DNA of 64,000 nt from a virus. Its lineage: Duplodnaviria; Caudoviricetes. Below, piece after piece: positions 37,536-47,677 of this stretch (position 1 is its first letter; every line of letters starts with the position of its first letter). The notes under the pieces are model-generated. The model worked only from the letters and a program-made list of their open reading frames with translations, made no database searches and was not told the origin of the DNA. The translations under genes and the position numbers were made by a program. The stretch covers positions 11,233-75,232 of IMG/VR virus record IMGVR_UViG_3300020576_003089. One strand, written 5' to 3'.

Positions 37536-38282
37536 TCACTTATCTTTGTTCTTATAAGTGGTTTCACTAACAGTATGGTATTTACCACAACCATTACATT
37601 GTAATTGCACACGTTTTAAACCAGCTGCTGATATACGAGTAGTTGCTATTTTCATTTTCTTTGAACCACATTCAGGACAATCAACTTTATCACCACCATT
37701 TAACATACCATGATGAGTTTTAGATGTAATGTAATTAGCCAATTTTAGATATACTTTTTCTAATAAAATTACATCTTGTTTACAGTATTTAATCATATAA
37801 TTTAATGATTTTTCATCATTTTCTAACACAATTTTTTTCCATAAATCAAATGATGTTGAATTTTTACTACCTAATCCTAAAAAATTAGCGATATAATTTA
37901 AAGTATTACTTTGAAATTTAAATTTAGACCTTGCTGCTTTTAAAGTATCTAATGTTGTGTATGATGGAAACATTGGAATACCATGAAATAAACATCTAGT
38001 TTTAATCCAAGGTAAATCGAATTTATCTCCATTGTGTCCTATTAATTCATCTGCTTCATTTGCTATTTTTACAAATTGTTGAAGCATTGTCTTATCATTT
38101 TGATTTTTATCCCAAACTATTGAATGAACTTGTTTTTCACCTCTCCATTTATAACAAATACATATAATACGTCTTTCTTGAATAATGTTGTCGTAGGGTA
38201 TATTTTGTTTGTAACCTGCTTGCCAAAACAAACCGATGTTAGGACAGGTTTCAATATCAAAAAATAATTGTTTTACTTTCAT
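37536..38282 (-). CDS. RNase H-like (DnaQ/PolB-type) 3'-5' exonuclease with C-terminal Zn ribbon
   Basis: FFDIET, GHNGDKFDLPWI, YCKQDV; CPECGS...CNGCG. Confidence 0.85.
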   Translation of the reverse strand: MKVKQLFFDIETCPNIGLFWQAGYKQNIPYDNIIQERRIICICYKWRGEKQVHSIVWDKNQNDKTMLQQFVKIANEADELIGHNGDKFDLPWIKTRCLFHGIPMFPSYTTLDTLKAARSKFKFQSNTLNYIANFLGLGSKNSTSFDLWKKIVLENDEKSLNYMIKYCKQDVILLEKVYLKLANYITSKTHHGMLNGGDKVDCPECGSKKMKIATTRISAAGLKRVQLQCNGCGKYHTVSETTYKNKDK

Positions 38283-38313
38283 GTAAATTTTTTTAGTTAA
38301 TATAAGATAATAT

Positions 38314-38326
38314 AAGAATTTTGACT
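38314..38326 (-). promoter_or_regulatory. AGTCAAAATTCTT element upstream of exonuclease
   Basis: Exact copy. Confidence 0.6.
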
Positions 38327-38537
38327 AGAATTTCAAGTCGTCAAAATTATCTGATTTATCCATATAAAATACATCTTTAACACCTTTACTATTCTTAAGA
38401 TGAATTTCAACATCTTCTTCAGTGCGTTTTATATTATATATAGTTATTTTTTCACCTTTTTTAAAGGTACCTATGTTTCCAGCTAATTTAAAGGTTTCAC
38501 CTTGTGTTATTTTAGCTTCATTTAAAAATTGTATCAT
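38325..38537 (-). CDS. Small protein with short LNE leader
   Basis: MIQFLNEAKI; beta-rich, SH3-like size. Confidence 0.6.
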   Translation of the reverse strand: MIQFLNEAKITQGETFKLAGNIGTFKKGEKITIYNIKRTEEDVEIHLKNSKGVKDVFYMDKSDNFDDLKF

Positions 38538-39142
38538 TATTGAGGATTTTGTGCTCTAGATTGAGCTAGTAATTCTTCGTCTTCTTCAGGAGTATTAGCT
38601 GGGATTTCACTATCACCATCTAATGGAGTATCACTAGGTTGAGCCGGTTCAGGTCCTCCACCATCAGGGAAGTTACCTCCACTAAAACTACCACCACTTC
38701 CTCCACCTAAATCATTTGATAAACCTTGATCATATTGTGCTTGTTGTTGTTGAGCAATATTAGGATCAGGCTTACTTAATAATAATAGATCTGCTATTGA
38801 TTGAGATGCTCTTTCTAGTTCTCCTATATTAGCAGGATAATATTTTTTACCTGAAATTCTTATTCTAAATTTATTTGAACCAATGTATGTTATATCAAAT
38901 TCTTGTCCATTAATTAATTCAATATTGAATACAGTTGGTTTTGGAGCTATAATTCTAATTGAAGCTATAAATCTACCAAATGCAGGAGACATTAAGTCAT
39001 CCATTAACTCTTTTAATTTAGGAAATCTATAAATTAAAAAAATCGCCTTTTCTGCTGATTTTTCCTTTTCTTCTTGTTCCTTTAGAGTTTTTTGGACTGC
39101 TTTTTTAATATATGCTTCTAATATTAGTTTTTTATTAGTCAT
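38537..39142 (-). CDS. Hypothetical protein with ILE/LKE leader and Gly/acidic tail
   Basis: Start moved to MTNKKLILEAY at 39142 to give a normal overlap. Confidence 0.6.
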   Translation of the reverse strand: MTNKKLILEAYIKKAVQKTLKEQEEKEKSAEKAIFLIYRFPKLKELMDDLMSPAFGRFIASIRIIAPKPTVFNIELINGQEFDITYIGSNKFRIRISGKKYYPANIGELERASQSIADLLLLSKPDPNIAQQQQAQYDQGLSNDLGGGSGGSFSGGNFPDGGGPEPAQPSDTPLDGDSEIPANTPEEDEELLAQSRAQNPQ

Positions 39143-39539
39143 TTTGTTGATTATCTTGTAAATCTTCTTGTCCAACTTCATGAGTTAAACCCATTAATTC
39201 TTTAATTTTACTTGTTTCAGAAGTAATTTTATTTCTTAATAATGAAATTTGATTATCAAGTTTTTGTTCTAATGCTACTCCTTTAGATTTAATTAAATCT
39301 AATTCTTTAGCAAATCTAGCTAAATCAGCAAATTCAACTTCAGTAGTTGCTGTTTTTTCAGCAAATTTAGCAGTTGATATTTCTATTTTCATTTGTTCTA
39401 AAGCAGCTAAATTCTTTTTTAAATCAATTAATTTACCTGAACTTTTTGGAAGTTTTTCAGTTTTTTCTTTCTTTTTAGCTTTTTCTTTTTGAACAGCTTC
39501 TAATATTAATTTAACTGCTAATTCTTTTGTTATTTTCAT
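39135..39539 (-). CDS. Coiled-coil hypothetical protein
   Basis: MKITKELAVKLILEAVQKE; helical. Confidence 0.6.
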   Translation of the reverse strand: MKITKELAVKLILEAVQKEKAKKKEKTEKLPKSSGKLIDLKKNLAALEQMKIEISTAKFAEKTATTEVEFADLARFAKELDLIKSKGVALEQKLDNQISLLRNKITSETSKIKELMGLTHEVGQEDLQDNQQND

Positions 39540-39540
39540 T

Positions 39541-40179
39541 TTATTTTAATTTTGCTATTGTACCATAACTACCAATATATTCACCTTTAGAATTCTTTTT
39601 ATGGAAGGCTATACCATGTACTTTTATTGAATTTTCTCCTGATGTAAATGTATATATTTCATCAAATATTCTATTTTCAATCACTGAATTTTCCCATGCT
39701 TCTGAAATACGTCTTGTATCTTCATGTGATATACAAGATATCCATCCATTTCCTAACATTTCTGATTCTACTCTTTTTACTAATTTACACATAGATGGGG
39801 AAGCATATGTTATTTCACCTTGCTTTCCACTTATCCAAAATGCAATTTGTTGCATATTAAGAGATATTCTATGGGTATCTTCTAAACTATCTACTTTATC
39901 ACCAATAACATTAACATTAGATTCAATTAATTTTATATTTTTTTCTACTCTATTAATACTATCACGCAATGAACTACCTCCATTAGGTAATACTTCTTTT
40001 AAAACTCTATCTAGTTTTAATAGAGCGTCTTGCATTCGCTCAGAATTTTGTATTCTACTTTCTACTACTTTTTTTCTTCTTAATATTGCTGGTTTAATTA
40101 CTTTTTTCCATAAAATACCAACTGTTGATAATATGGTTATTATTGATATAATTATACCTAATATTTCTGATAAATCCAT
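39541..40179 (-). CDS. Membrane protein with PNGGSSLRD motif and C-terminal PAS domain (holin-like)
   Basis: N-terminal TM helix; LPNGGSSLRD; AFWISGKQGEITYASPSMCKL...MLGNGWISCISHED...W, a PAS-fold pattern. Confidence 0.6.
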   Translation of the reverse strand: MDLSEILGIIISIITILSTVGILWKKVIKPAILRRKKVVESRIQNSERMQDALLKLDRVLKEVLPNGGSSLRDSINRVEKNIKLIESNVNVIGDKVDSLEDTHRISLNMQQIAFWISGKQGEITYASPSMCKLVKRVESEMLGNGWISCISHEDTRRISEAWENSVIENRIFDEIYTFTSGENSIKVHGIAFHKKNSKGEYIGSYGTIAKLK

Positions 40180-40203
40180 ATATAAAGATGTTTATAATAA
40201 ATA

Positions 40204-40791
40204 TTACATACCCATTTTTTCTTTAATTTCCTTAACTCCTTCTCTAAATTGTTGAATTATTTTTTCTTTATCTATATTACCACCCATAATCTGTTCAATA
40301 TCACCATGTTCAGTTACATATGAATTATTATATCCATTAATAAATGTATCAAAAAATGCATTTTCTAAATCTTTTAAATAACCATTAACATTATCTTCTT
40401 TGATTTTACGTTGATATTCATCATATTTACCATCTCGCTTAAGTTCAGTTTCAAATTGAATAACGCAATCTAAACACATTTTATGAATACTATATAGTTT
40501 CTTATTTGAAGTTGAAGTACTCATTGGTTTATCACATTTAGGACATACTAAAGGTAATATAATTAATTGTTTTAATTCGTCAAATTTAGTCAAGGTTTGT
40601 TTTATTCCGTTTTGGAATATCCATTGTTTACCATTTTCCTCCCAAATTTCACCTTCTTTACGTTCTGTTATAGTATGGTTATAACCTACTTGCGTAGTAG
40701 TTTTATCATTTGTTTTTTTAGAAACAATATTACGCATTCGTTGCACATCACGTTTATTGAATTCTTTAATCAATTTTGAATCATTCGTCAT
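40204..40791 (-). CDS. Hypothetical protein with Zn finger
   Basis: KEGEIWEENGKQW; CPKC...CLDC; start moved to MTNDS at 40791. Confidence 0.65.
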   Translation of the reverse strand: MTNDSKLIKEFNKRDVQRMRNIVSKKTNDKTTTQVGYNHTITERKEGEIWEENGKQWIFQNGIKQTLTKFDELKQLIILPLVCPKCDKPMSTSTSNKKLYSIHKMCLDCVIQFETELKRDGKYDEYQRKIKEDNVNGYLKDLENAFFDTFINGYNNSYVTEHGDIEQIMGGNIDKEKIIQQFREGVKEIKEKMGM

Positions 40792-43483
40792 CTGAAAATA
40801 GTTTTTTAGGTATTTCATTGTTAATTGTTAATATTTTATTTACATCATTAGGATCATACATTACAATGTATTGACCTGATTGTTTTTCTTCTACTGCTTT
40901 ACGTGTTCTATGATTACCATCTATAAGTATTAATTCATTTTTATCATTTTCATCTTTAAAATTAGCTATTAACCCTAAAGGTTCATTATAATTTATATTA
41001 ATTTGATTATATTTTTTAGGATTAGCTTCTGAAAATTCAGGATGTGATAAAAAATGCATCACTTCAGGTGAATATGTTTTTATTTTAGTTTTTATATCAC
41101 CTTGTTTTATTAAGTTATATGCTTTAGATACATCAAATTTATAGCGACCATGATATGCTGAAAATGTTTCATTTTCTCTTTGTGATTCGTTAATATTAAC
41201 ATATTTTTTAACTAATTGTTTCATTTCACTATAAAAATTATTTAAATCTTGTTTAGATAATATTTTTAATCTTCTAGTTTCTAAATCTAAATTATATTTT
41301 TCACAATATTTATTTCTTATTTCTTCATATTCTTCCCAACCTTTACTATTACTTGCAAACTCCTTCCAATTCGAATAAATATTTTCATCATAATAATCAT
41401 ATATTTCTTCCCAAGATGGGTTAGGATTATTTATTTCAAGTTCATTAATTTTACTTTCAACTAGTTGAGTATAATATTCAGGATGCAATTTACCCCACTT
41501 TCTCATAACTAAACCTGCAAATGCGTTAGCTTCATTTTCATGTGGAGAACCATCTTCACCACTATTATCAGTTAATTCCTTATTTATATTTTGATGTAAA
41601 TGTTTCCATTCATGAGCAAGACTTCTCCAAGAATCCATTAAGTTTCTACCTTTAATATAAACTGTTATTTCATTATTATTTGGATCAAAATGAGCAAAAC
41701 TTGTAGTTTTAGACTTATCTTTAGTTAATTTAATGTTATATTTTTCTTTAATTGGTAATTCTTGTTGTAAGAATTTTATAAATTCTTTAAATGAATCTTT
41801 AATTGATTTTTTAGATTCATTTAATTTTTTATTTTTATTATTGTTATTAATATCTATTAACCCACTAGCATCATATCCCAATTCATTATTAGTAAAAAAT
41901 AAACCTCCATCTTCTAATTCATATTTTTCTATTCTATCAACATCAAAAATTATTACTTTACCTGTATGAGCAAAGGTATATAAATTTATAGTTCTAATTT
42001 TAATTTTATCTCCTATTTTAATATCATTAGGATTAAAATTAGGTATATATTTTGTAAAATCCCATTGTTTAGATGGTTTATTTATTCCTAATTCGTTTAA
42101 TTTTTTAATATTTTTAATATCAAACATTGATTCAATTTCATTAAAATCAATTAATCTTTTATCAAATTGTTTAGTAATTAAATTTTGGAATTTAATAAAG
42201 TCTACATTAAAATCAACAAATGTTGTTTTATAGTAATATAATATTCCTTCAGTTATACCTTCCCATAATATTAAAATAGGACTTAATGGATACCAATCGA
42301 CATATTCAAAATTTCCTATTATATATTCTAAGTCAATATATTTGAATAATTTGGGATTTATTTTAGCAAAATCTTTAAATAGTTGTTCTAATTCATCAAG
42401 ATTATTAATTGTTTTTTCATTCCATTGTTCTGGAATCTTTATATGAAATTTTAATGGTTCATTTATTTCTAACTCATTAATATCTTTTTTTTCTAAATCT
42501 TCTAAACATATTTTAGATTCATCCCACCATTTATTTACTATATCAATATGTCTTGTTTCATAAAAATTATGTAAATTTTCAAAAAACCATCTTAAAAGTA
42601 TTATTTTACTTGCTTTATCAATAGTTAAAGGAAATCTTATACCACCTGTTTCAGACATGTTTCTATTGTTTAATCTACCAATTTCTTTTTGTAATTTAAG
42701 ATTTATATTTTCAAAATAATTGGATAATTTTATAAAACCTTCCTCACTAGTTATATAATCAGGTTTAGTTGGTTTAACTATAGGAATGTATTTTTTTGGT
42801 TTTAATACTTCCAGTTCATTAATAGCATTAGATTTACGAATTTCTTCATCCTCATTATATGGGATACGTTCTCCACTTACATAATCTTCAAATGCTATAT
42901 CATCACTGTTTGGTATAGAAACACATTTCCAACCATTAGACCAATACCATCCTTCTTCTCCACCTATGGTTTCATCATCAGGTTCATATATTTTTTGCAA
43001 ATATTTATTTTCTTTCCAATTATCACCAGTCCACCATAATTTAATATCATATGTTTTACCTACTTGAGGTTTGCGTGGATTATTAATTTGTAGTTCGTTT
43101 AGTTCATTTTTATTTTTATATAATTTTAATCCAGCAAAAAATGAATATAAATCACTATAATTACATTTATATATAAATTCAAATCTATCATAAGCTATAT
43201 AAAAATGTTTATCATTCCAAACATCTATATAATCATTAATATTAGTTCCTTCTTCTTTATGTATTTGTTCTAATATTTCATGGAAAGCATTCTCAACATC
43301 ATCAAATGAATTAAATTGATTATATTCTACTAAAGGTAATAATTCATTATATAATTTATTCCATTTTTGACGTTCTAAATCAGGTTTAGGTTTATTAATC
43401 TGCAATTCATTTATTTCATCAGCTTCAAGAATTTGTTCCTTATGTAATTGTTTTGACCACCAGTCTTTACTAAATAATTTCAT
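40781..43483 (-). CDS. 900-aa polyprotein of LNE-linked modules including zincin peptidase and ParB/Srx-like domains
   Basis: Six [IL]NEL[EQG][IV]xxP linkers plus LNES and INES; AHEWKHLHQ...ENEAN; LIDGNHR. Confidence 0.8.
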   Translation of the reverse strand: MKLFSKDWWSKQLHKEQILEADEINELQINKPKPDLERQKWNKLYNELLPLVEYNQFNSFDDVENAFHEILEQIHKEEGTNINDYIDVWNDKHFYIAYDRFEFIYKCNYSDLYSFFAGLKLYKNKNELNELQINNPRKPQVGKTYDIKLWWTGDNWKENKYLQKIYEPDDETIGGEEGWYWSNGWKCVSIPNSDDIAFEDYVSGERIPYNEDEEIRKSNAINELEVLKPKKYIPIVKPTKPDYITSEEGFIKLSNYFENINLKLQKEIGRLNNRNMSETGGIRFPLTIDKASKIILLRWFFENLHNFYETRHIDIVNKWWDESKICLEDLEKKDINELEINEPLKFHIKIPEQWNEKTINNLDELEQLFKDFAKINPKLFKYIDLEYIIGNFEYVDWYPLSPILILWEGITEGILYYYKTTFVDFNVDFIKFQNLITKQFDKRLIDFNEIESMFDIKNIKKLNELGINKPSKQWDFTKYIPNFNPNDIKIGDKIKIRTINLYTFAHTGKVIIFDVDRIEKYELEDGGLFFTNNELGYDASGLIDINNNNKNKKLNESKKSIKDSFKEFIKFLQQELPIKEKYNIKLTKDKSKTTSFAHFDPNNNEITVYIKGRNLMDSWRSLAHEWKHLHQNINKELTDNSGEDGSPHENEANAFAGLVMRKWGKLHPEYYTQLVESKINELEINNPNPSWEEIYDYYDENIYSNWKEFASNSKGWEEYEEIRNKYCEKYNLDLETRRLKILSKQDLNNFYSEMKQLVKKYVNINESQRENETFSAYHGRYKFDVSKAYNLIKQGDIKTKIKTYSPEVMHFLSHPEFSEANPKKYNQININYNEPLGLIANFKDENDKNELILIDGNHRTRKAVEEKQSGQYIVMYDPNDVNKILTINNEIPKKLFSDDE

Positions 43484-43494
43484 ACGTATAAATA

Positions 43495-44265
43495 TTATTC
43501 TATTTTAATAGATGTTGGGTATTGTAATATTATAGGTTTGTCATTAGGATTTTCTAAACGATATATATCATACACCTTAGTAAATATATCAAAGTTTTTT
43601 TCTATTTCATCTATTATTTTGATTTGCCATCCTTTACCTTGCCATTCCTTTTCAGTACGAGTAGCTGCTTTTAACCATAAAATTCCAGTTTTAATTACTT
43701 TTACATCATGTGTTTCATTCCATGCTGTCGCATATGCTGCTAATTGTAATTCATATGTGGTATGCAATGAATTAGAAGTTTTAATATCTAATAACCATAA
43801 TTCATCTTTTATTTCAACTATTAAATCAGCAGTACCTGCAAATTCATATTTATCACTAAATAAATGATACTCAGTTGCTATTAATTTAGGTTTATAACGA
43901 TTCCAAAATTCAGCAAATCTTAAAATCATTTTCCAAACATCTAAATTATATTTAATGTTACCTATATTATCTATCCAATGTATTTCTTCACCTTTAATAA
44001 AACGTTCACAAGCATCATGTACTTGTCTACCTTCATCAGCGGCTTGAGCTGCTATAATTTCAGAATTAAAACCATTAGCTTTAATCCAATCTTCGAAAAA
44101 TCTACCTTTAGGAAAATAATTTAATATGGTTGATACTGATGGATAATATTCATTATTTCTTTTATAGAAACGTTGATCAAAAACATTTAATTGTTTTGAA
44201 TCTTCACTATATTCAACTGTTCTTTTTATGTGTGTGTTATGTAGGATATTTTGTCCTTTATTCAT
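43495..44265 (-). CDS. PD-(D/E)XK exonuclease (Cas4/AddB-like)
   Basis: YPSVSTIL, GRQVH, AGTADLI, LLDIKTS, QLAAYA. Confidence 0.85.
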   Translation of the reverse strand: MNKGQNILHNTHIKRTVEYSEDSKQLNVFDQRFYKRNNEYYPSVSTILNYFPKGRFFEDWIKANGFNSEIIAAQAADEGRQVHDACERFIKGEEIHWIDNIGNIKYNLDVWKMILRFAEFWNRYKPKLIATEYHLFSDKYEFAGTADLIVEIKDELWLLDIKTSNSLHTTYELQLAAYATAWNETHDVKVIKTGILWLKAATRTEKEWQGKGWQIKIIDEIEKNFDIFTKVYDIYRLENPNDKPIILQYPTSIKIE

Positions 44266-44302
44266 AAATTCAAAATTTCTCCAATATACATTAAAATTTT
44301 TA

Positions 44303-45256
44303 TTAAATCAAATTTAATTTTAATTGCATAAGTTTGGAAAAATCTAGTTGTTTTGTTTTTTCTAAGATACTTAAAAATCGACTATAACCAATTTCATTAA
44401 TATCTTTACCATCAATTTCAACTAAATATACTTCTTTTCCCATATCCATCAATTTTTCAGCATATCTAATTGAAGATTTAATTGCGTCTGGATCTAAACA
44501 TATATATATTTTATCTACTGATGATTCAGCTAATTTTTCCATTAATGCATTATTAATTATTTTACCAAACAATGGTATAACATTGCGTTTTATTGTTAGG
44601 GCATCGAATATACCTTCTACCAATATTATTGGTGCATCCCAATTAATGAATAGTTCTAAACCTATAACTTTAGATGATATAGGTGGGTTTTTATATTTGG
44701 GAAATACATCTTCTTTAAATGATCTAGCTACAAAATAATTTAATTTACCTTTAGCATCATATGATGGTATAATTATTCTACCTGAATATTTACCACTTTC
44801 ACAAAATCCTATATTATATTTTAGAATATCATCTTTTGTTATATGACGTTTTTTAAGATATTGTATTGCTCTTCGAGCTTCTAGTTGAACTACTTTATTT
44901 AAATTACTTATATCAACGAGTGAAACATATTCTTCTGGTAGTTTAATTTGTTCTTCAGGAGCTTGTTGTTTTTTAGAACCTGGTCTTAAAATTAATTTTA
45001 ATTCATTGTTTTTATCAGGTGCAACTTCTAACTTTTTGAATAATGATTTGACTGTTTTGCCTTTTGTTTCTAAACATGTCCAACAGTGCCATGGATTTTC
45101 TCCTTTTTCATTAGTTTCTAAATTTATTTCTAATTTTCTTTTATGATGATTACATATAGGGCAATGATAAGAATAATTACCATTAGAAGTATATTTCCCT
45201 TCTTCACCTAAAACACGATTTAATAAATCTAATAATGTGTTATTTATATTAAGCAT
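44303..45256 (-). CDS. DNA primase (Zn finger + TOPRIM)
   Basis: CPICNH...WHCWTC; RIIIP; KYKNP; LVEGIFDA; CLDPDA. Confidence 0.92.
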   Translation of the reverse strand: MLNINNTLLDLLNRVLGEEGKYTSNGNYSYHCPICNHHKRKLEINLETNEKGENPWHCWTCLETKGKTVKSLFKKLEVAPDKNNELKLILRPGSKKQQAPEEQIKLPEEYVSLVDISNLNKVVQLEARRAIQYLKKRHITKDDILKYNIGFCESGKYSGRIIIPSYDAKGKLNYFVARSFKEDVFPKYKNPPISSKVIGLELFINWDAPIILVEGIFDALTIKRNVIPLFGKIINNALMEKLAESSVDKIYICLDPDAIKSSIRYAEKLMDMGKEVYLVEIDGKDINEIGYSRFLSILEKTKQLDFSKLMQLKLNLI

Positions 45257-45935
45257 ATTTCCAAATAAACCCTCCTGCTTGTTTTTGTTTACCCTTCAAA
45301 AATGAATTAATATCTCCTTTTACATATTTAGATGCTTCACTTATAGATTCCCATTCTTTGATAAAATTACCTTCTAAATCATATTGATTTACTTTTTTTC
45401 TTAAACATTCTTTACCTCCACTAGTATCCCATGTTACTTTTCTACCTTTTAAACCTTTGGATATATTGTTTTTCCATTTATCATCTATCCATGTTCTATC
45501 CATGGTTTGATATGAATTTTTATGGTTTATTTTATGATTTTCATCAAATGGTTTAGGTTTACCTTTATGTATTTTACTCATTTTTTCCTTAGTAAATTCA
45601 TTATGTTTAAAACCTAATCTACTTTTACTAAGTTTTAACTTTGATTCTTCAGTAAAAAATGAAGGTCCACCTCCACCATTATTTTTATTAATAACATCAA
45701 ATCCCCATTGTTTAAATTGCTCAATCCAATATGTTTCTAGTGGTTTCCAATCTTTTTTATCTAATGAATCAATTTCGTCTATATAATCATATGTTATTTC
45801 ATTACCATATGTTGTTTTGTGATTAATAAATCTACAATTTTTAGTTTTACCTATGTAGACTTTATTTGGATCTCCGTAACAATTAGTTACTAAATATATT
45901 TTTGTAGAGTATAATAATATAGAATTTTCTTTCAT
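45249..45935 (-). mobile_element. GIY-YIG homing endonuclease (NUMOD3/NUMOD1-type)
   Basis: IYLVTN...VYIGKT...R; ETYWIEQF; N...GG; KKVNQYDLEGNFIKEWESISEA. Confidence 0.85.
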
Positions 45936-45949
45936 TTACACAAGATAAA

Positions 45950-46408
45950 TTAAAGATTTTGACTTAAATCTTTTGTAAATATTTTTCCTAAAATGTTACT
46001 ATTAATGAATAAATCAGGTTTTTCTAATACTTCATAAACACACAAATATTTTAATTCAAAGTAAGTGAGCTCTTTTGAAGAACGAGCAAGTTTGAGTAAA
46101 TAACGTTCATAAATTGATTTATCAGGATTATTTTTAATTACATCAGCACTACCATAATATGTTTTCCAATCAGATTCAGCTATTACTTGTTTTTTAGAAG
46201 CCTTTCTACCTCTAGTAATAGGTAATGCTTTAATTTCTTTTTTACCTAATTTAATATTTCGGTTAGTTTTGAAATTTTTCTTACCAATATACATTTTACC
46301 TGAAACTGTATCTTTAACTAAATAAATAAATCCATACCATTCATCTATATTGAATGATTCATTATTTATTAATTCGTCTTCTATTTTATTTAAATTCAAT
46401 ATATCCAT
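45950..46408 (-). CDS. Short GIY-YIG-family nuclease
   Basis: GFIYLVKD...MYIGKKNF...ESDWKTYYGS...FELKY...NSNILG. Confidence 0.75.
   Translation of the reverse strand: MDILNLNKIEDELINNESFNIDEWYGFIYLVKDTVSGKMYIGKKNFKTNRNIKLGKKEIKALPITRGRKASKKQVIAESDWKTYYGSADVIKNNPDKSIYERYLLKLARSSKELTYFELKYLCVYEVLEKPDLFINSNILGKIFTKDLSQNL
45953..45964 (-). promoter_or_regulatory. AGTCAAAATCTT element upstream of endonuclease-primase island
   Basis: One-base-shorter variant; overlaps the last codons of 45950..46408. Confidence 0.5.
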
Positions 46409-46724
46409 CTTCTATATATGTATCCATATTCTCAAACATATCATTTGCAGTACTTTTATCCATTTTTTCTAAATTTTGTATAATTTCATCTTTAGAAAGT
46501 TTTATTTTATTGAATAATGGATTAAACCCATACCAACTATTTAATATATCTGATATAACCCATTCTTCTGAATCCTGTAATTCCCCTAAACTAAAGTTAT
46601 ATTTTTCTAATAATTTTTCTAATATATTTACATCATTTATTACATCTATTCCTTTTTGAGTTAAATTATATTGCTTAGGATTATTGATTCCTAATTCATT
46701 TAATATTTTTTGTAGTTTAATCAT
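46386..46724 (-). CDS. LNE-leader cassette protein
   Basis: MIKLQKILNELGINNP. Confidence 0.75.
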   Translation of the reverse strand: MIKLQKILNELGINNPKQYNLTQKGIDVINDVNILEKLLEKYNFSLGELQDSEEWVISDILNSWYGFNPLFNKIKLSKDEIIQNLEKMDKSTANDMFENMDTYIEDGYIEFK

Positions 46725-47668
46725 TATGTATCATATTTAATAATTATGTTTGTATCAAGTTCGGGTGAAATATAAATAGATTGTCCCATTTTAGCAACAG
46801 CTAATAATTCGTTATTATCATTATATAAACCTACTCCAGTTATATAAGGTGAAAATGATGAACCTGTAGCAAAATCTAAAACTGTTCCATCAGCACTTCC
46901 TGATTTTAGTAACGTTGGATTATAACTTAAATTAAAATTTTCAGCTTTTATTTTACAGTAAATATAATTTTCATATGTATTCCATTCATTTTTAAAAGAA
47001 TAAACTAATGAACCTGTTAAAGGCATTGGAAATAAGTTTTGATATAGTTGATTTGTAACTATACATAATCCAAAAGCATAAAAAATATTTCCTACAGGAA
47101 TACCTGAACCACTTGAATATTGTTCAACATAATTATAATCCCAATAACCTCCTGAAACATATAATGCACCTGATAATGCGTACTTATAATCTAATAAATT
47201 ACCATAACCATCATCTAATATATAATAATCTGATGATGATACTATAAATGATTTAGGTAATACTTGGTTTCCATAAATGTCTTTATCTATATAAATAGAT
47301 TTTATAGTTTGCCCATCATTTGTAGGAAAATAATTATCAAATAATGGGTTTTCATTATAATTAAAATATGAACTAGTATTTCTATAATTAGAAGCTGAAA
47401 TATAATATAATGAATTTATTCTATCTTGAGGATAAGGTAAATTTAAATTATTATATTGATGATAAAACAATTGGTTTATTTTATTATATTCTAATTGTTC
47501 TACACCAGTAATAGTTCCACTAATAAATAAACTAGAAGTACAAATTCCTGTATAACATTTAATATATTCATCATAAGATGAAGCTGTATAAGCAAATGAC
47601 CATTGCTTATTAGATACAATATTATCCTGATATATATCAGATTTATTTATTTGTTTAAATACTGACAT
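46724..47668 (-). CDS. Baseplate/tail structural protein
   Basis: C-terminal PYITGVGLYNDNNELLAVAK shared with neighbour. Confidence 0.65.
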   Translation of the reverse strand: MSVFKQINKSDIYQDNIVSNKQWSFAYTASSYDEYIKCYTGICTSSLFISGTITGVEQLEYNKINQLFYHQYNNLNLPYPQDRINSLYYISASNYRNTSSYFNYNENPLFDNYFPTNDGQTIKSIYIDKDIYGNQVLPKSFIVSSSDYYILDDGYGNLLDYKYALSGALYVSGGYWDYNYVEQYSSGSGIPVGNIFYAFGLCIVTNQLYQNLFPMPLTGSLVYSFKNEWNTYENYIYCKIKAENFNLSYNPTLLKSGSADGTVLDFATGSSFSPYITGVGLYNDNNELLAVAKMGQSIYISPELDTNIIIKYDT

Positions 47669-47677
47669 TTATTAGTT

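Noticed and set aside
43495-44265. Cas4-like nuclease as evidence of a CRISPR system
   Set aside because: Stand-alone PD-(D/E)XK exonucleases are common in phages, and no array or other cas genes are present
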